Positions 9,685 to 18,835 of a DNA stretch of 64,000 nucleotides are shown in pieces; within the stretch, counting starts at the first letter, position 1, and each line of letters starts with the position of its first letter. Below the pieces are notes generated by a model. The model was not told the origin of the DNA, did no database searches, and worked only from the letters and a program-made list of their open reading frames with translations. Made by a program: the position numbers and the translations under genes. The stretch comes from a virus (lineage: Duplodnaviria; Caudoviricetes): IMG/VR virus record IMGVR_UViG_2974592485_000001, positions 1 through 64,000 of that record; one strand, given 5' to 3'.

Positions 9685-10671
9685 TTACTCTTGTACTTCA
9701 CCTGACAGCTTAGCCAGCTTTTCCGCGCCTACACCGTTAACCACATCAGTGATCATCTGCTCAATGTTGAAACTCTGAATGATCTCAAGGGCGGCGGCTT
9801 GCATGGCTGCGTCAGACAGCACGACAGCCGCACGGTTATTGCTTGCATACTGCGCTACGGCAAAGGAGAACAAGTTAGCTACCACGGCGCGGCCTACAGG
9901 GGTGTCGATGTAGCCCTTAACAGCGTATGGCGCTTTGGTCTTGATCACATTAGTAACCTGAACCAAAGCGATGCGCCCCGCTTCCAGTTTAGCAGCGGAT
10001 ACAGCGGCGTTTTTGTTTGCAGCAACGATATTTTGAACTTTAGACATATTGGTATCTTCCTGTACAGGTTTAGTTTCGGTTAACCCACTAGTGACACCAG
10101 CGGGACGGGTAGAATTATTATTCATAGCTTCATCATTTGCAAGGGGTAATTCAACAAAATCAGAAAAGTTATAGTCATCGGGGCAAAATGACTTAGATCT
10201 CGCAATAAACTCTAGGGGTACTAAATGATTACCCATGTAGTACATACAAATATCTGTAACGTCTGCGAATTCAAAGTGATCAAGGTACTCGATACCGGAT
10301 AGCTCATCCCGCGAATAGTCCTGCGCCAACGATTTGTCGTTAGAACAAAATAGCCACGTATAAATATCACCTGACACGGATTTGCTCATTACAAAAGCGT
10401 CCGCGCGATTATGGCTAGTCTTAAAGCAGTCTTTAAAAAGCCACTGGTTACCGCAATAGCCAAATACAACCACCCCATGAGGAAGTTTCGATACTACATC
10501 GGCTAGGTGACATAAATCTGAAATGCCTAACCCTTCTAATGAGATACCGCCAGAAGATGCATCATTAGTCCGGTAGTCTAGTGACGCAGTAGTCCCTTGC
10601 TTTAAATTGGCAACCGCTCTTTTCCCTACAGGGGTAAGCTCACTTTCTATACCGCATAATAAAATACTCAT
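9685..10671 (-). CDS. T5-like pre-early protein with conserved Ala-rich C-terminal domain
   Basis: start likely MSILLC (GAGG RBS). Confidence 0.75.
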   Translation of the reverse strand: MSILLCGIESELTPVGKRAVANLKQGTTASLDYRTNDASSGGISLEGLGISDLCHLADVVSKLPHGVVVFGYCGNQWLFKDCFKTSHNRADAFVMSKSVSGDIYTWLFCSNDKSLAQDYSRDELSGIEYLDHFEFADVTDICMYYMGNHLVPLEFIARSKSFCPDDYNFSDFVELPLANDEAMNNNSTRPAGVTSGLTETKPVQEDTNMSKVQNIVAANKNAAVSAAKLEAGRIALVQVTNVIKTKAPYAVKGYIDTPVGRAVVANLFSFAVAQYASNNRAAVVLSDAAMQAAALEIIQSFNIEQMITDVVNGVGAEKLAKLSGEVQE

Positions 10672-10805
10672 AATACTAGCCTCAGTTTGTTTGTTACTAG
10701 GGACGCATACTTTATCAGACAAGAGCATGTAAAGTAAAGCTATCATAGGCTGATTTTGTTTGCTATACTTGGATTTGGGTATCCCTTATTTAAGGAGTTG
10801 CAAAG

Positions 10806-11036
10806 ATGAGAAGTCTAGGGTATGGGTCGTATGTGATTGAGGAACCAGTAGAATTTTTTATAGCGGCAACGCTGGAACTTGACAATATCCCCTCAGCCAG
10901 TAAGAGGGCAAACACGGCTAGGATGTGGGCGTATATGGCGGCAAGAGCAGAAAATTACCCATGTATTGTTACGTTCTTTTCCGAGGCTACGGGCGCAGTG
11001 GATACGGGGGCGGTGTTCAATGTTGCAAAAAGATAA
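10806..11036 (+). CDS. hypothetical pre-early protein
   Basis: AAGGAG RBS. Confidence 0.7.
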   Translation: MRSLGYGSYVIEEPVEFFIAATLELDNIPSASKRANTARMWAYMAARAENYPCIVTFFSEATGAVDTGAVFNVAKR

Positions 11037-11169
11037 GGTATTGAATCACTGGCTGTTTAAGCTGTTTTTATGGCTGGTGGCACTGGCGGGTATGTCAGCT
11101 TTCGGTATGGCGGCGCTGGCGTGGTTAATGGTAACAATATCAATGATTAAGACGGGGCTAGGGCTATGA
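11020..11169 (+). CDS. small membrane protein (49 aa)
   Basis: hydrophobic; ATGA-coupled to next gene. Confidence 0.55.
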   Translation: MLQKDKVLNHWLFKLFLWLVALAGMSAFGMAALAWLMVTISMIKTGLGL

Positions 11170-11405
11170 ATGATAACAATGACGAATCCTTGTATGAGCA
11201 GCGGTTATTAGTTGCTAGGTCAATCCTTGCGACGTTTCAATTAAGCGTAGTAAGAGCGGCAAGGGGTATGGATAACAACGCCTTAAACATAGAGGAAGTG
11301 GCAAAGGATATCATGACGGTGAATTGCGCTCCCCATGAGTCTATAGTCATGGCTGTTTACTATAAGTATCAAGACTATATGACTAAATGGGGGTATGATG
11401 TATGA
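11166..11405 (+). CDS. hypothetical protein
   Basis: 79 aa, coupled. Confidence 0.7.
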   Translation: MNDNNDESLYEQRLLVARSILATFQLSVVRAARGMDNNALNIEEVAKDIMTVNCAPHESIVMAVYYKYQDYMTKWGYDV

Positions 11406-11614
11406 GAGTGATTCAAGAAGTAACGCTAAAATTCGTGCCTCTAGAGGGTAAAGTTACCGACCTTCCTGTAGGTCACTATGTTGTTATTATGGCAGGAGAT
11501 AGGCGCGAGTATATGGAGGTAATTAACATCAGTAACGGGCGGCTTGCTATAGTAAATGGGCATTTCTATTTTGATATGGCTAACGTTACCCATTATGCAG
11601 TTTGGCCGGAATAG
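11402..11614 (+). CDS. hypothetical protein
   Basis: 70 aa, coupled. Confidence 0.7.
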   Translation: MRVIQEVTLKFVPLEGKVTDLPVGHYVVIMAGDRREYMEVINISNGRLAIVNGHFYFDMANVTHYAVWPE

Positions 11615-11624
11615 GGGGTACACA

Positions 11625-11717
11625 ATGCCTAAGTATGTATTCTACTTGCCCACTCTAATAATAGGGGGAGCGGCTTTATTAGCGGAACTGTTTAAGTATC
11701 TGGATGGCTTACTATGA
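11625..11717 (+). CDS. membrane microprotein (30 aa)
   Basis: MPKYVFYLPTLIIGGAALLAELF... Confidence 0.5.
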   Translation: MPKYVFYLPTLIIGGAALLAELFKYLDGLL

Positions 11718-11836
11718 CAATACGTGATCGTTTATGGTTTCTAGGTCTGTATGCCTTGTGCTTCATTATGGGCGCGGTAGTTGTAGCTATAGGCGCAGGG
11801 GTTCCAATTCTGGTAGGTAAGGGGTTAGGACTATGA
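11714..11836 (+). CDS. membrane microprotein (40 aa)
   Basis: MTIRDRLWFLGLYALCFIMG..., ATGA overlap. Confidence 0.55.
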   Translation: MTIRDRLWFLGLYALCFIMGAVVVAIGAGVPILVGKGLGL

Positions 11837-11940
11837 GTAGGGATGAGAAAGAGATGGCTTGCCTACTTGCTGTTATCATAGTCCTCTTGATGTTATGGGC
11901 TACCGTAGCAGGGGCGGCAATATTGCAGAGATTCCTTTAG
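11833..11940 (+). CDS. membrane microprotein (35 aa)
   Basis: MSRDEKEMACLLAVIIVLLMLW..., ATGA overlap. Confidence 0.55.
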   Translation: MSRDEKEMACLLAVIIVLLMLWATVAGAAILQRFL

Positions 11941-11946
11941 CAGACT

Positions 11947-11970
11947 ACCCGCTCCGGCGGGTTTTCTTTT
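11947..11970 (+). terminator. rho-independent terminator
   Basis: ACCCGC-TCCG-GCGGGT followed by TTTCTTTT. Confidence 0.8.
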
Positions 11971-12019
11971 GCCTGTACCTGCGTGACCCCTGCCTAATGT
12001 ATACCCCCATAAATTAAAC

Positions 12020-12724
12020 CTCACCATGGCCTTTCTAGGAGCTTCTAGAGCTATATCAGGATGGTATGCTACCAGAAACTACTGTATATTTATCCAGTAG
12101 GATAACCTGTTGATAAGTCTGTTAATAACTCGATTCAGGCTGTTTCATGAGTCAAGCATATTTACAAAACTGTATAAGTCTGTGGATAACTTTTCTTGTA
12201 GCACAAAACACTTTTAGCATTTGTCAAGTATTATTTTAACTACTGTATGTATATACATACCGCTAGAACGCTCTAGGAAGCCCGCTACGCTGTTTTTGTA
12301 TCGAGGCTGTATGTTAGTATCAAAACAAATAGATCTCGATTTAGCATTTTATGTATAGACAGTAGTTAAAATCTATGCTCCCCCAAAATACCGCTTGACT
12401 TCAAAATATTTCTGTGATTTACCAAAAAAGCGCTTGACTTGCCCTGCGGGGCATGATAAGCGCGACTCTGGATACTAGTAGACTACCATACTAGGAATTG
12501 CCTAGCACACTCCACGCAGAAAATCAAATGAGAAAATTTCACTTGACTGTTACCGGTAACATATGGTAGGCAGGTAAATGCGAATGATTCTTACTCAACA
12601 AGGTAAATGCGAATGAGAACGATTATCATTTACAAACGGGAATGATTCTCGTTTACAAACCGAAATGAGAATCAACTGCAAATGCGAATGATTCTCATTC
12701 AACTTCCGAAATAATTCTCATTTG
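12020..12724. promoter_or_regulatory. repeat-rich block 2 (iss-like): LexA, DnaA, GntR-like sites and Fur-box array
   Basis: CTGTATATTTATCCAG at 12082; TGTGGATAA at 12181; TGTTACCGGTAACA at 12548; six 7-1-7 Fur-like boxes at 12579-12720. Confidence 0.75.
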
Positions 12725-12729
12725 CGTAT

Positions 12730-13338
12730 GTGCATATCCGACATATGTGCGAATCCGATAGTAGTTTGAAAATGTGCAAATCCGACCCTTGTGCGAATCC
12801 GATGATATTTTGAAAAGGTGCAAATCCGATTGGTCTGCTAGAAAGTGCAAAACCGATGGGAAAATTTTGGTGAAAAATTTTGCCCGAAAACTGATAAGTT
12901 TGGGAAAGAAAAACGATAAGTAATACTATGTGCAAATCCGATAGTATAAGTTGAAATTCTAGGAATTGAAAGTGCAAAACCGATGGAATTTTTGTGGAGT
13001 TCGATTGAAAGGTAGGTGGATGTATAAGTTAAAAGATTGAGGTGAGAGAGATGTTTGAAGGCTAGGGAAGACGCTAAGAGGGGCGCAGGTTTCTCTTCGG
13101 GGTGACAAGAGTATTGCCGCGTTTTTGGGGATAATTGGAGGTTTGGGGAGGTAGTTGGAGAAGATAAAATATTTTTTGCTTTTTTGGGGGCAAACTACTT
13201 GACTTTTCAAAAATTCTTGCGCCCCTCTACTCACTTACTTTTGTGGAACGCAAATTTATTCCAAGAAATAGTTTTATTGGCTATATTTTAAGTAGGGAAA
13301 AACTTAACTCTTGTGAATAACACTATGTGCAAAACCGA
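12730..13338 (+). repeat. nine dispersed copies of GTGC(A/G)(A/T)A(T/A)CCGA
   Basis: copies at 12730, 12747, 12774, 12791, 12818, 12845, 12930, 12972, 13327. Confidence 0.85.
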
Positions 13339-13497
13339 TGGAATTTTTGAGAGTTTCAGAAATTTAGTCCAGAAAATAACCGCCCTCCCATAAACCCCCC
13401 TATCCGGTAAACCGCCCTATATACTTTTTACAAAAAAGCGCCCAGACTGCCGTACGGCGAATAGGGCGAGTATATGGTTTGATATGGGAATACTAGA

Positions 13498-13588
13498 ATA
13501 TAGTTGAAAAGGACATTGATAGTATATAGTTGAAAAGGACATTGATAGTATATAGTTGAAAAGGACATTGATAGTATATAGTTGAAAA
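13498..13588 (+). repeat. 26-bp tandem repeat x3.5
   Basis: ATATAGTTGAAAAGGACATTGATAGT. Confidence 0.95.
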
Positions 13589-13944
13589 ATTGATAGAGTA
13601 GTAGTAAATTAACTTGCTAGAATTCCACCAGCGAGAAATGGGACACAATGTATCATCTCGTTTGTAACTTAGATGTAAATTACCTGTTTAAGCAGGTAAT
13701 TTCCCTTAAATACTTATTCTTTTAGTATTTTTTGAATGTAGATTCCCTAGTTTGTAATAATTGCAGCTGGGAGAGCGAGCAAGCTGAGAAGTACACTAAA
13801 AACCTTACGATTTTCCTGAACTTCTCTCCGCTCTCCCAGCAATAACTCAATCCCCTAGTGGTTAGGAGTTATCTTTTTATTATTATAACACACAACTAAA
13901 AATCTGTAAAGTGATTCTTTTATTTTGGGGATGGAACATCGTTT

Positions 13945-15147
13945 CTACACGTCCGAGTATAGATACACTTTCTGCCTAGCAAAGAAAATGAATTCAGCAA
14001 GGAAAGTTTTAGATAGGCCTCTAGCAGGCTGGGTACCTTTAACAGGGTTCTTTCCTTCCTTTATATTCTGGCGATAAATAGTATCGAACGCATCATCGTA
14101 GAGAGCTAGTTGAGGTTGCTCAAGTATTCTAGCTAACTCTTGATGGTTAACTGATGCTTGATACCTGATTGCCTCTTGGTACTGTTCTAGCTCTGCACCT
14201 TTCTTAATATCTAGGTAAAGTTTGGAAAGTTCATAAATAACTAGTGGTACAATGTCTTCCTTGTTTAGAATAGTATCTTCGGTAAACTTAGGATGCCTTA
14301 ATAGTTCTTTATCAGCATAAGGTATCTCCCCTAGTTTAGGCTCGTTAGCTTCTGGATACCAGGTTATTTCTTGGTCTATTTCTACTCTACGATTCTTAGC
14401 TGGAGTACTTCTAGCTGAATACCCTGCTGCCTTAAGTCTATTAGCAGATGGGTAGAAAATAACATGAGTTGGGTTACCTGATAACCTTTGAGTTTTAGGG
14501 TCTATTAACCTTAACTCACAAAAGAATTGAACTGCATACTTTTCATCTTCTGTTAATTCGGAATACTTTAGTACCTTATTCTCTAGAAGAAAGTCTGCAT
14601 TAATGTTAAGGTCGTGAATTATGATAGCCTTTCTAGTAATGATAGTAAAGTCTATTTCTGCTCTCTCTCGTTTGTATGGTGCTTCTGTAAAAAAGAAAGG
14701 TTTTAATCCTCCAGACTTAGAGAACGTTTTATAGTCTTTACCCTTGAAGTTTCTAGGGGATACATAATCTCCTGTTAAATAGGAATTTAAACAGTAATCA
14801 TAATAGTCTGTTATTACTTCTTTTTTATTAGGGGGGAATCCTAACTCTTCCCAATCTAGATGTTCATCTTCCTCTACTAATTTAGATAGTAGTAACTCTC
14901 TATCACTAGGTGTGACTTCCGTCTTTGACTCTAAGAACCCTAGAAACGTAACTTTACTTAGCTTAAGTACCCTAGGTAGTATGTGAATATCCCCTGATCG
15001 TCTAGCACTATCTAGTGCTATGTGGTTCTTTAGTTCTGGGTTATAAACAGATCTAACCATTACTAGATCTGTTAACTGCTTCTGCCTTAAAGACATTTCA
15101 CTCACTTTACTAGGTAGGTCTAAAATTTCTGTAATTAAATCCTTCAT
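13945..15147 (-). CDS. T5-like early hypothetical protein
   Basis: 400-aa ORF, AGGAG RBS. Confidence 0.85.
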   Translation of the reverse strand: MKDLITEILDLPSKVSEMSLRQKQLTDLVMVRSVYNPELKNHIALDSARRSGDIHILPRVLKLSKVTFLGFLESKTEVTPSDRELLLSKLVEEDEHLDWEELGFPPNKKEVITDYYDYCLNSYLTGDYVSPRNFKGKDYKTFSKSGGLKPFFFTEAPYKRERAEIDFTIITRKAIIIHDLNINADFLLENKVLKYSELTEDEKYAVQFFCELRLIDPKTQRLSGNPTHVIFYPSANRLKAAGYSARSTPAKNRRVEIDQEITWYPEANEPKLGEIPYADKELLRHPKFTEDTILNKEDIVPLVIYELSKLYLDIKKGAELEQYQEAIRYQASVNHQELARILEQPQLALYDDAFDTIYRQNIKEGKNPVKGTQPARGLSKTFLAEFIFFARQKVYLYSDV

Positions 15148-15383
15148 GCGTTCTCCTTGAAGTCTTGATAAGCTAGGATCAGTCCTCTTACCTGTTGAAT
15201 GTTTTGCACGTACCCCATGTTGTAGGATAGTTGTATTATATTTATTAGTTGAATATCCTCAATCCAAAGAAAATACTGTTTCTCCGTAATTTTAAGTACA
15301 GGAACTAATGTTGGGGTTGTTATATAGAATGGCCAAGCACACTGCGTTGCTTGGCGTTCCACTGTGATTATTTCTAATCTCAT
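15144..15383 (-). CDS. hypothetical protein
   Basis: coupled 79-aa ORF. Confidence 0.7.
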   Translation of the reverse strand: MRLEIITVERQATQCAWPFYITTPTLVPVLKITEKQYFLWIEDIQLINIIQLSYNMGYVQNIQQVRGLILAYQDFKENA

Positions 15384-15760
15384 TTTACCCCCAAACTCTG
15401 GGCGTTTTGAACTGCAAATCGCAGAGAATCTGAGACGTGATTAAACTCTGCACCCATAGCAATAATATCTAAGGGCATTTTACCTGCGGGGAACATAGGT
15501 TCCAATCCTAGAAAAGACACGTCCAGCAGGACGAAACCTTGGCTATTTAAAGTTCTGATCAGGTTAGTAGACTCTATTGTCTTAGCATTGAAAACTTCTG
15601 CGTATTCTTTGAATAAAGATAGCCAGTCTGTCGCTGTCATTCCTTCTGCTTGTGGTGCAAAAGTAAGTGCGGTTCTACGAATGTCTATAGCATCATGAGG
15701 TAATTCGACAACAATATAACGACCATTAACTTTAATTCTAGAAATATCTACTATAATCAT
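15380..15760 (-). CDS. hypothetical protein
   Basis: 126 aa; resembles the adjacent ORF. Confidence 0.75.
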   Translation of the reverse strand: MIIVDISRIKVNGRYIVVELPHDAIDIRRTALTFAPQAEGMTATDWLSLFKEYAEVFNAKTIESTNLIRTLNSQGFVLLDVSFLGLEPMFPAGKMPLDIIAMGAEFNHVSDSLRFAVQNAQSLGVK

Positions 15761-16044
15761 TACTCTAACTCCGGTAGGCTATCTAGTTTAAGTGCTTCTT
15801 TTGTAGGAATCTGTGATGTTTGTAGGATAATCATATCTACTACTTTAAGCTCGTATGCTTTACACAATTCTGTAAAATCTACTGTACTGCTATTAAATAG
15901 CTTGGCGGCCCCCTTAATCTTGTGTAGTAGCTCGGCGGAAGATAGATCCTCATGCATAAGTACTAAGTCTACAGTACCTGCGTACCTGAATGTAATCCTT
16001 ATATTAGGCCCATGTGCTCGGATGTCTGTTATATCTATAACCAT
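15760..16044 (-). CDS. hypothetical protein
   Basis: 94 aa, coupled. Confidence 0.7.
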   Translation of the reverse strand: MVIDITDIRAHGPNIRITFRYAGTVDLVLMHEDLSSAELLHKIKGAAKLFNSSTVDFTELCKAYELKVVDMIILQTSQIPTKEALKLDSLPELE

Positions 16045-16460
16045 AAATCGAATTCCTTACTATTTAATTTATTAAAGAAGATAATTTTATCTTCTTCCAC
16101 TTTATATTGAAACAAAGAACACGGCACATTAAACGTGCCATACTCCGTAATCCTAGGGATTACCTTATGTGCACATTTAGGACACCCATGCCCAGCTAAA
16201 TGAACTCTAGCTGTTTGTTGGAAATACCCTTGGTGGTCAGGACACCATATACTAACTAATCTATCCATCCTAGAATACTTAGTCCTAGAGTAGTTGTAGT
16301 GCATTCCATGTGCCTCTACTGCTTTACATATAAAGATAAAGTTTAAGGCAGTCTGTTGATACGCAGGATCTAATCTTTTAATCTTGCTTCTATTAATTGA
16401 CCCATCTAAATTTGTAAAAGAATTAACAGGAAACTTTAGAGCGTCCTCGATACTATTCAT
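16035..16460 (-). CDS. DUF723-like zinc-binding protein
   Basis: YNYS..Y......V.IWCPDH.G.F.Q....HL.G.GCPKC pattern. Confidence 0.7.
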   Translation of the reverse strand: MNSIEDALKFPVNSFTNLDGSINRSKIKRLDPAYQQTALNFIFICKAVEAHGMHYNYSRTKYSRMDRLVSIWCPDHQGYFQQTARVHLAGHGCPKCAHKVIPRITEYGTFNVPCSLFQYKVEEDKIIFFNKLNSKEFDLWL

Positions 16461-16506
16461 TGTCTCCCCATGTGGATAAAGGCCGCCCGTAGGCGGCCTT
16501 TCTGTG

Positions 16507-16869
16507 TTAGTGCATTAACTTTTTGTACTCTGGATTACTATGTTTAACTGCATTCTCTAATAATGCTAGAGAGTATTCATAATCTTCTCTAGTCTTCTTA
16601 CTCTGTTCAAGGCGTAGACTCATGTACCTTGTGATAGTAAGCATTACATAGTCCATTTGTTGCTCTTCGGGTAAGAGCGGGACTCCTTGCATAGAATCCC
16701 TTAACCACTCTAAGTCACTTGCTTCTTGCAAGATACTAGCAACGAAGTCCTTTTTAGATACCTGTAATGCATGACTTAAAATATCTTGAGACTCAACTAA
16801 GTCCATCTCCAGAAGACTCTTCAGAGCTTCTAATTGACTTACGAAGGGGTTGTCTTGTACTTTGCTCAT
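16507..16869 (-). CDS. hypothetical protein
   Basis: start likely MSKVQD (AGGA RBS). Confidence 0.7.
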   Translation of the reverse strand: MSKVQDNPFVSQLEALKSLLEMDLVESQDILSHALQVSKKDFVASILQEASDLEWLRDSMQGVPLLPEEQQMDYVMLTITRYMSLRLEQSKKTREDYEYSLALLENAVKHSNPEYKKLMH

Positions 16870-17293
16870 AGTTATTCCTATCATTAGCAGGGGCAAAACT
16901 AGTTAGGGACTTTTCAGGTCTCTGTTTACTAATCCAAGTGAGAACATCTAGTCGAGATAGCACGGTATCCGTCTGTTCCCATACCTCATAGATGTACTCC
17001 CTAGGATTGACATACTTTCCAAACTCATACACCTTGGTGAAGATATCAAAGATAAACTCTTTACCTTCTTTGTCTGGTTCAGTGAACTGAACCACTTTGC
17101 TACCCGATACTGCTTTAGTGGCAGCTAATAGCTCTTTAACTGAAAAGGTTGTATCGTAGAAAGTATTAAAAAATATATGGTTGATTGTGCCGTTAGTTTC
17201 TACAAACAACTGAATAAACAAGTCGTGGAACTGTCCAGCATTTTCATCCCAATTTTCTTCTAAAATCTTAATTGCTTCGGTTAACGCACTCAC
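16793..17293 (-). CDS. T5-like hypothetical protein
   Basis: 166 aa, GTG start with GGAGG RBS. Confidence 0.75.
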   Translation of the reverse strand: MSALTEAIKILEENWDENAGQFHDLFIQLFVETNGTINHIFFNTFYDTTFSVKELLAATKAVSGSKVVQFTEPDKEGKEFIFDIFTKVYEFGKYVNPREYIYEVWEQTDTVLSRLDVLTWISKQRPEKSLTSFAPANDRNNYEQSTRQPLRKSIRSSEESSGDGLS

Positions 17294-17372
17294 AGACTGC
17301 CTCCAGAAGATACCATAAAAAGATATAGTTCGTATAGTACAGGTACTGAATGAATTATAAGTTCAGAAAGCA

Positions 17373-17618
17373 TTACAGACCTCCAGAGTTAATTTCACGC
17401 CTGATAGCATCAGAAGCAAGTTCTAAGTAGGTATTGGTGAATTTAGTTTTAAGTAGCACGTTGATAACCCAGTACGCCCCTTGAGCGATGGAAACCCCTA
17501 CTAACGGAAATACAAATAATGCCGTTTTAATAACCTGTGCTTTGTTCCAGTTACCAGATTCGTTAACCATAAACGCAACAGTTATTAAGTACAGAATAAC
17601 TATGGTAATAAAGATCAT
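17373..17618 (-). CDS. membrane protein
   Basis: two hydrophobic segments. Confidence 0.7.
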   Translation of the reverse strand: MIFITIVILYLITVAFMVNESGNWNKAQVIKTALFVFPLVGVSIAQGAYWVINVLLKTKFTNTYLELASDAIRREINSGGL

Positions 17619-17625
17619 GTTGTCC

Positions 17626-17913
17626 TCAGCTTAGTTTACTTAGAAGTGCGGTTTTAATTGCAGTATTCAGGTTACTTAATACAACAATATTTACAGCCTC
17701 TTCTCGACGATTGATTAATTCTTTAATTATAACGTCCCTATCCGCAATATATTGCTGTAACTCCTCATTAAGTGTTTGAATCTCTAGTAGCCTGTTGTAC
17801 ATACCTGTATTTGTTTTTATTAGGTTGTTACGTACCACTACAGCATACCAAATAGTAAACACTATTACAAATAGGAGGCATAAAACACCTCCTACTATCA
17901 TTTCTGTACCCAT
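17626..17913 (-). CDS. membrane-anchored coiled-coil protein
   Basis: N-terminal TM. Confidence 0.7.
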   Translation of the reverse strand: MGTEMIVGGVLCLLFVIVFTIWYAVVVRNNLIKTNTGMYNRLLEIQTLNEELQQYIADRDVIIKELINRREEAVNIVVLSNLNTAIKTALLSKLS

Positions 17914-17989
17914 GTAACACTCTCCACTAGGTTAACTATCTTATCTGAGTTTATAACACATACCCAAATTAGTACACAGATTATAGTAA

Positions 17990-18241
17990 TCATTTAACTT
18001 CCTTAAGCTTTTCAATTTCATGCTCAAGAGCCTTGTTACGACGTTCAACAATCAGAGTCTCTTCTCTAGCAAACTTAGCATCTCGAACTACTTTGCTATA
18101 CTCTGTAGCATTAGTATTGAGAGTTTCAAACATCTTTTTCATAGCAGGAATAGAGAGCTTCATTAGCTGACCTTCCAGACCAGTCATGTTCAGAAGGATA
18201 GCTAGAGTATTTGCCATTTCAGTTTTAGTCATGTTTTCCAT
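17990..18241 (-). CDS. T5-like hypothetical protein
   Basis: 83 aa directly after a strong promoter. Confidence 0.8.
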   Translation of the reverse strand: MENMTKTEMANTLAILLNMTGLEGQLMKLSIPAMKKMFETLNTNATEYSKVVRDAKFAREETLIVERRNKALEHEIEKLKEVK

Positions 18242-18271
18242 TTGCTTTTCCTCTCATTAATTTATGAATAT

Positions 18272-18300
18272 ATTATATCAAAATAATAAGCGTTAAGCAA
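18272..18300 (-). promoter_or_regulatory. T5-type early sigma70 promoter; similar copies near 21074, 21831, 27207, 32248, 34153, 34913, 37687, 39787, 42967, 45433, 47220, 47776 and 54694 (minus strand)
   Basis: TTGCTT-17nt-TATAAT with A/T-rich UP element. Confidence 0.85.
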
Positions 18301-18397
18301 GAAAATTTAAATTAAAGTTGCTAAGAACACGCCTAAATTAAAGCTAATAATCGACGTTAATATACCTATTTTTACTATAAGGTGCATTTGATGTCCT

Positions 18398-18748
18398 TTA
18401 ATAAAATAGCTCAGCAAGTACCATAAGTACAATTGCTATGGGTATAGCTATAATTCTAGTAATTAGAATTAGCTTATCATACTTTTCTAATTGCGAGTCC
18501 TCTTTTATTATTTCATCCATACTTTCGTTATGGCATTTAGTAATAAAGTCTATATACTGTTCTGCCCTATCATGCTGTTCCGCGGTAGGCTCTTGGTGAG
18601 CTAAGAACCTCTTACCTAGCTCACCTTGTAGATCTGTTACCAGCTGAAGAAACTTAGGGGTTACCCCCTTTATACGCATCTTTAACTGGTACTTACTACA
18701 CCCCTCTAAAAGTTCTAAGGCATTTGTTATCCTATGTATTAGTAGCAT
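18398..18748 (-). CDS. hypothetical protein, C-terminal TM
   Basis: 116 aa, AGGAG RBS. Confidence 0.7.
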   Translation of the reverse strand: MLLIHRITNALELLEGCSKYQLKMRIKGVTPKFLQLVTDLQGELGKRFLAHQEPTAEQHDRAEQYIDFITKCHNESMDEIIKEDSQLEKYDKLILITRIIAIPIAIVLMVLAELFY

Positions 18749-18835
18749 GCTATCGCAACTCCTATACAGATTCCTATAAATAAAAACAAGATTGCTAGTA
18801 CACCTAGCAGTGTAACAACACTTTGGGCTATAGTA

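Noticed and set aside
12699-13234. ORFs 12699-12977 and 12959-13234
   Set aside because: They arise from the repeat block, lack an RBS and have low-complexity translations.
13498-13588. CRISPR array
   Set aside because: Perfect head-to-tail repeats without spacers; no cas genes.
16035-16460. HNH homing endonuclease / mobile element
   Set aside because: Only the zinc-binding DUF723-like part is visible; no nuclease motif.
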